27,794 nucleotides of DNA from the IMG/VR virus record IMGVR_UViG_3300032320_000413, positions 1 through 27,794 of that record. One strand, given 5' to 3'. The notes beneath the pieces were generated by a model, which worked only from the letters and a program-made list of their open reading frames with translations, did no database searches and had not been told where the DNA came from. Positions 24,546 through 27,794 of this stretch are shown in pieces. This DNA comes from a virus (lineage: Duplodnaviria > Caudoviricetes). The first letter of the stretch is position 1, and each line of letters opens with the position of its first letter. The position numbers and the translations under genes are program-made.

Positions 24546-25805
24546 TTATACAACCCATTTGGTATTTATTGGGATATTTGATGACCATGAATCGTCCGAT
24601 TCGTCAAGCGTTATCGCTAAATACCTGAAACTATCTGCTGCGTGCGATGCCCAGTCATGTAGCGGCTTCTCGTAGTACACATTCTGCTTCTCGTTATATT
24701 CCCTACGATAGTTCCTCAGCGCATTAACGCCCTGTTTAGTCTTATCCTTGTCAAACCAACAACGTGGTAGCAACCTACGCACTGCCTGTATGCCATCAGC
24801 CACAGATAGTCTAGGAGCTACCGTTATTTCTAGTCCTGCTTCTTGGAGGACTTCTTGTCTGCTGCGTCCTGTCCCCAGTTCACGCACCGCAACGTCATGT
24901 GGTAGGTACTGGTCGAAACGCTCATATCTATTTTCTTTGAGCCAATTGACATACCAATCAAGCCCGACCCCGTGGTTTTCCACGAAATCAAGCAACCTGA
25001 CTTCTTTGCCAACCAGTTGAGCCACCCACAAGCAAGTAGAGTCACCCATACCCAAATCCCAAGCCACATAAGACTTGCAAAGATCATCCCTGTCAATAGT
25101 GGTGATGCGACCCTTTGCCTCAAGATCGTTGATAATCGACCCATAATAGCTGCCCTCAATGGCTGAATTAAAATTACACTCAAATTCTTGCTCATACTTG
25201 TCGGAACCCATCTCGGCACGAGCATCATTTAATTCTTTCTCGCTAAGTACGCCTGTCTCGCTAGCCTTAAACTCTAGTAATGCCCAGCCTTCAGCAGTCT
25301 CAGCCCTATCCCTAAAGTCTGCAAAGTGGTTTCTTCCCTTAGGTGTGCCAATAAACAAGCACCAACCTAGTCTGTCTGCTAGTGCTGGTCTGATGACTTC
25401 GTTCCAGATTTTCGGGTTTTGATCCCCAATCTCGTCAAGCACCACCCCATCGAAATACTGACCACGTAAAGAATCGGAATTGTCAGAACCATAAAGACTA
25501 ATGCGCCTACCCCAAAAATCCACCCTAAGCTCAGATATGTTAGCCGTAGCACCCAATGGACGAGTGAACTCAAGAAGGTAATCCCAAGCCACACGCTTAG
25601 ACTGAGCGTAAGTAGGAGCAATATAAGCAAATCTCGGATTCGGTTTATCACATTGAATCGCAGCCTTTATGAGTTGATTGATGGCACTTACAGTCTTCCC
25701 CATCCTTCGATGAGCAACAACGACTGTAAAGCGATGGTTGTCAATTGCCTCATGAATCTTGATCTGCTGGTCACGAGGCTTGTAAGGTATGACTATTTCT
25801 GCCAT
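24546..25805 (-). CDS. terL: Terminase large subunit
   Basis: Walker A HRRMGKT, Walker B VVLDE, GTPKG coupling motif, nuclease WDLG..D and HAADSFRY. Confidence 0.95.
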   Translation of the reverse strand: MAEIVIPYKPRDQQIKIHEAIDNHRFTVVVAHRRMGKTVSAINQLIKAAIQCDKPNPRFAYIAPTYAQSKRVAWDYLLEFTRPLGATANISELRVDFWGRRISLYGSDNSDSLRGQYFDGVVLDEIGDQNPKIWNEVIRPALADRLGWCLFIGTPKGRNHFADFRDRAETAEGWALLEFKASETGVLSEKELNDARAEMGSDKYEQEFECNFNSAIEGSYYGSIINDLEAKGRITTIDRDDLCKSYVAWDLGMGDSTCLWVAQLVGKEVRLLDFVENHGVGLDWYVNWLKENRYERFDQYLPHDVAVRELGTGRSRQEVLQEAGLEITVAPRLSVADGIQAVRRLLPRCWFDKDKTKQGVNALRNYRREYNEKQNVYYEKPLHDWASHAADSFRYLAITLDESDDSWSSNIPINTKWVV

Positions 25806-26026
25806 GTCACGCTATGCTCTACTGCGCCACCGTCTGCACCTGTGATCTCTGACCTAGCCAAATCAGGTATGGTTTTCTTGAGCAGAATGTCAGCCGCTTT
25901 AATTTGGCTCGCAGTCATTTCTATCTCACCATTAACGTGTTTAACTAAGCGAGTTAGGATAGCTCCTGCTTGTATTTTAGATTTCCATTCTTCGCTCAAA
26001 GTAGTCTTTCTTATTCTGGCAGCCAT
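25793..26026 (-). CDS. terS: Probable terminase small subunit
   Basis: 77 aa directly upstream of and overlapping terL; IKAA.ILLKK.IPDL...EITGADGG C-terminal motif typical of TerS. Confidence 0.7.
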   Translation of the reverse strand: MAARIRKTTLSEEWKSKIQAGAILTRLVKHVNGEIEMTASQIKAADILLKKTIPDLARSEITGADGGAVEHSVTWQK

Positions 26027-26028
26027 AA

Positions 26029-26604
26029 TTATTTAAATTGCAATGAAATGTTGTAAGTAAGGAATATCTCAACCAGCCTATTATGGTTAGCTTGATCTTC
26101 AGCAGCCTTCGAAAACACACGTTTTGCATAAGAGTTATAAAAATGTTCCAACATCTTTTTTTGAAATTTGGCTAAGTTACTGCCATCTCTCAAAGCTACT
26201 GTAGCAGTTGAATCCTTATTCTTTAGCCACAATGCGAACCAATCTTTAGCTAAATCAATTGCTTTTAGACAGTTACTAGGAATAAACATATCAATCCTAA
26301 CCCTAGCAGTTCCACCACCAGCCAGTACATTTGTTAAATTGTCTAAGCCGATGCTTGCTATATGTTTTTCTTCAAAGTCATAAGCATCTTGCTCATTAGA
26401 GAAATACGCTACTTTTTGCTTTATAACAACTAAATTTAATTCTTGTAACTCTCTGATTAAATTACACTTTTCAGAGCATACTCCTTTGCGAGCATCTTTC
26501 TCGTGGTGGTCTATTCGATCTCTTTTGCCTTTACCAATATAAAAAGGCTTTTTAGTTCTAGGATCTACTAACTCATATACGTACCATCTATTATCTGTTT
26601 CCAT
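26029..26604 (-). CDS. GIY-YIG nuclease, LEM-3/ANKLE1-like (probable free-standing homing endonuclease)
   Basis: YVYELVDPR...FYIGKG...R..HH...AY.FE...I...LTN...GG catalytic motifs; visibly AT-rich. Confidence 0.8.
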   Translation of the reverse strand: METDNRWYVYELVDPRTKKPFYIGKGKRDRIDHHEKDARKGVCSEKCNLIRELQELNLVVIKQKVAYFSNEQDAYDFEEKHIASIGLDNLTNVLAGGGTARVRIDMFIPSNCLKAIDLAKDWFALWLKNKDSTATVALRDGSNLAKFQKKMLEHFYNSYAKRVFSKAAEDQANHNRLVEIFLTYNISLQFK

Positions 26605-26632
26605 TTTTGCATTACCTTTCTGGTGTCATGCG

Positions 26633-27712
26633 TTACTTCTTAGGTTTCTTTTCTTTCTTTAGTTCTAACTGATCTTTACCTGCTATTAGACCCAATGGCA
26701 CTACTCCAGCCAATAAATCTGCTTCGTTAGCCCTAGCAGGATCAAATGCAGCAAATCTTGATCGTAATAATGTTGGATCTTGTATAGCTGTAATATCGCT
26801 TTTTTGTGATTTATATAACTTATCTAAATAATCTCTTGCTTCAGTGAATTGTTTTCCTGAAACATTAGACCATTGTTCATCAGGATATATACCGTATTTT
26901 TCTTTTAAATATTCTTTAGCTCTATATATATGGCTATTCGGCCCTGCATCTCTTACGTTTTTAATTACAATTCCTTTTTTACCTAATTGATTAGCAATCA
27001 TTCCAAGTTCATCTGTGGTAGTTGCTGAATTTTTATCTAAACCTAATTCATCTAGAGAATACTTTTTATTACCTTGTTTAACACTTAATTGGTTTGTATA
27101 TATATCTGACCAATTTTTTCCACGAGCATTTGTTGTTAGCAAATCTTTATCTTTTACAAGTAATGGCATTATGTTGCCACCAGGAGTTCCAATTCCAGAA
27201 AGATAAGTCTCAGCTATTACTGGATTATTAGTTACAAAAGCACCAGCTCCAGATGTTTTGCCTTTTCCTTGCACATTCATACTTTGTATATCAGCATTTG
27301 TTCCATGATATACAGGGTTTTCTACATTAAATCCCATTGCTTTAGCTCTATCCATTGCTGTATTACCAGGTGGCAAGCCAAGCATTTTTTCTGCATTTAT
27401 TGACGCTGTTTGTTGAGCTTGGTTAAGAAATTTACCAGTTGGATTAATGCTTCCAGTAAATCCTAAAGCCATATCCTGTTGCTGTTGGTCTATATATTGT
27501 TTTGCTGCCGCTTGCTCAGGAGATACTGGTATTCCACGATATGCGTTACGTTCTGCCTGTAAAGCAAGGCTTGACAATCTGTTGTACTCTGCTGCGTCTT
27601 GGTTAAGTCCTGACATATATTGTCTAGGATCAGACATAAGTAAGCCAACATTACCCTTAGTTTCTTGGTATTGGCTCTTTAAGGCTTGTAGGGCGTTATC
27701 CAGTAGTCCCAT
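26633..27712 (-). CDS. Putative ADP-ribosyltransferase (ART-PolyVal-like domain) with MGLL N-terminal region
   Basis: PVYHGT...GAGAFVTNNP.IAETY...NIMPLLV...GKKGIVIKNVRD...AIQDPTLLRSRFAAFDP order matches the ART-PolyVal-type core. Confidence 0.65.
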   Translation of the reverse strand: MGLLDNALQALKSQYQETKGNVGLLMSDPRQYMSGLNQDAAEYNRLSSLALQAERNAYRGIPVSPEQAAAKQYIDQQQQDMALGFTGSINPTGKFLNQAQQTASINAEKMLGLPPGNTAMDRAKAMGFNVENPVYHGTNADIQSMNVQGKGKTSGAGAFVTNNPVIAETYLSGIGTPGGNIMPLLVKDKDLLTTNARGKNWSDIYTNQLSVKQGNKKYSLDELGLDKNSATTTDELGMIANQLGKKGIVIKNVRDAGPNSHIYRAKEYLKEKYGIYPDEQWSNVSGKQFTEARDYLDKLYKSQKSDITAIQDPTLLRSRFAAFDPARANEADLLAGVVPLGLIAGKDQLELKKEKKPKK

Positions 27713-27794
27713 ATATTTCCTCGTACTTGTCAGGACGGTTAGTCCGTATCCATTCTCTAGGCTCCTCGTGACATTTTGCGTAGTCCATTCCTAC
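27696..27794 (-). CDS. 3' end of a gene truncated by the window edge (possibly a glycosyltransferase C-terminus)
   Basis: Open frame VGMDYAKCHEEPREWIRTNRPDKYEEIYGTTG*; overlaps the start of the next gene; product guess is weak. Confidence 0.5.
   Translation of the reverse strand, partial: VGMDYAKCHEEPREWIRTNRPDKYEEIYGTTG

Noticed and set aside
24517-24556. TATAAT upstream of the portal gene as a late promoter
   Set aside because: It coincides with the terL stop codons and has no properly spaced -35 or extended -10.
24830-25651. Alternative-frame minus-strand ORFs inside terL (132 and 90 aa)
   Set aside because: No recognisable motifs; explained as shadows of terL codon usage.
3289-27206. 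Numerous + strand ORFs of 60-127 aa antisense to late genes
   Set aside because: All lie opposite well-supported genes and lack protein-like features.
1-27794. Stop-codon reassignment
   Set aside because: TAA, TGA and TAG all terminate well-supported genes, and coding density is high under the standard code.

Overview
This window is about 28 kb of a tailed dsDNA phage with a P22-like (podovirus-type) virion module, resembling freshwater/marine uncultured Caudoviricetes. A Gram-negative, proteobacterial host is an inference. A divergent AT-rich control region (362-519) separates a leftward run of small genes from a short + strand early block (520-2611). That block holds an ERF recombinase, an SSB-like protein with an acidic -VPF tail, a structured non-coding element and an XRE/Cro HTH protein. 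The rest (27794 down to 2608) is one long, tightly coupled minus-strand operon. In order it encodes: an ART-PolyVal-like ADP-ribosyltransferase candidate, a LEM-3-type GIY-YIG nuclease, terminase, portal, scaffold, major capsid, a GT-A glycosyltransferase inside the head module, adaptor and tail proteins, a GNAT-like protein with ejection proteins, a set of modular short fibres with chaperones, a holin/M15 endolysin cassette, a Cys4 protein and an HTH-metallophosphoesterase. The best candidates for new biology are the anti-SD-displaying structured RNA after ssb, the possibly virion-delivered ART effector, the head-module glycosyltransferase and a modular branched fibre system. All product calls come from motif recognition and gene order; no database searches were run.
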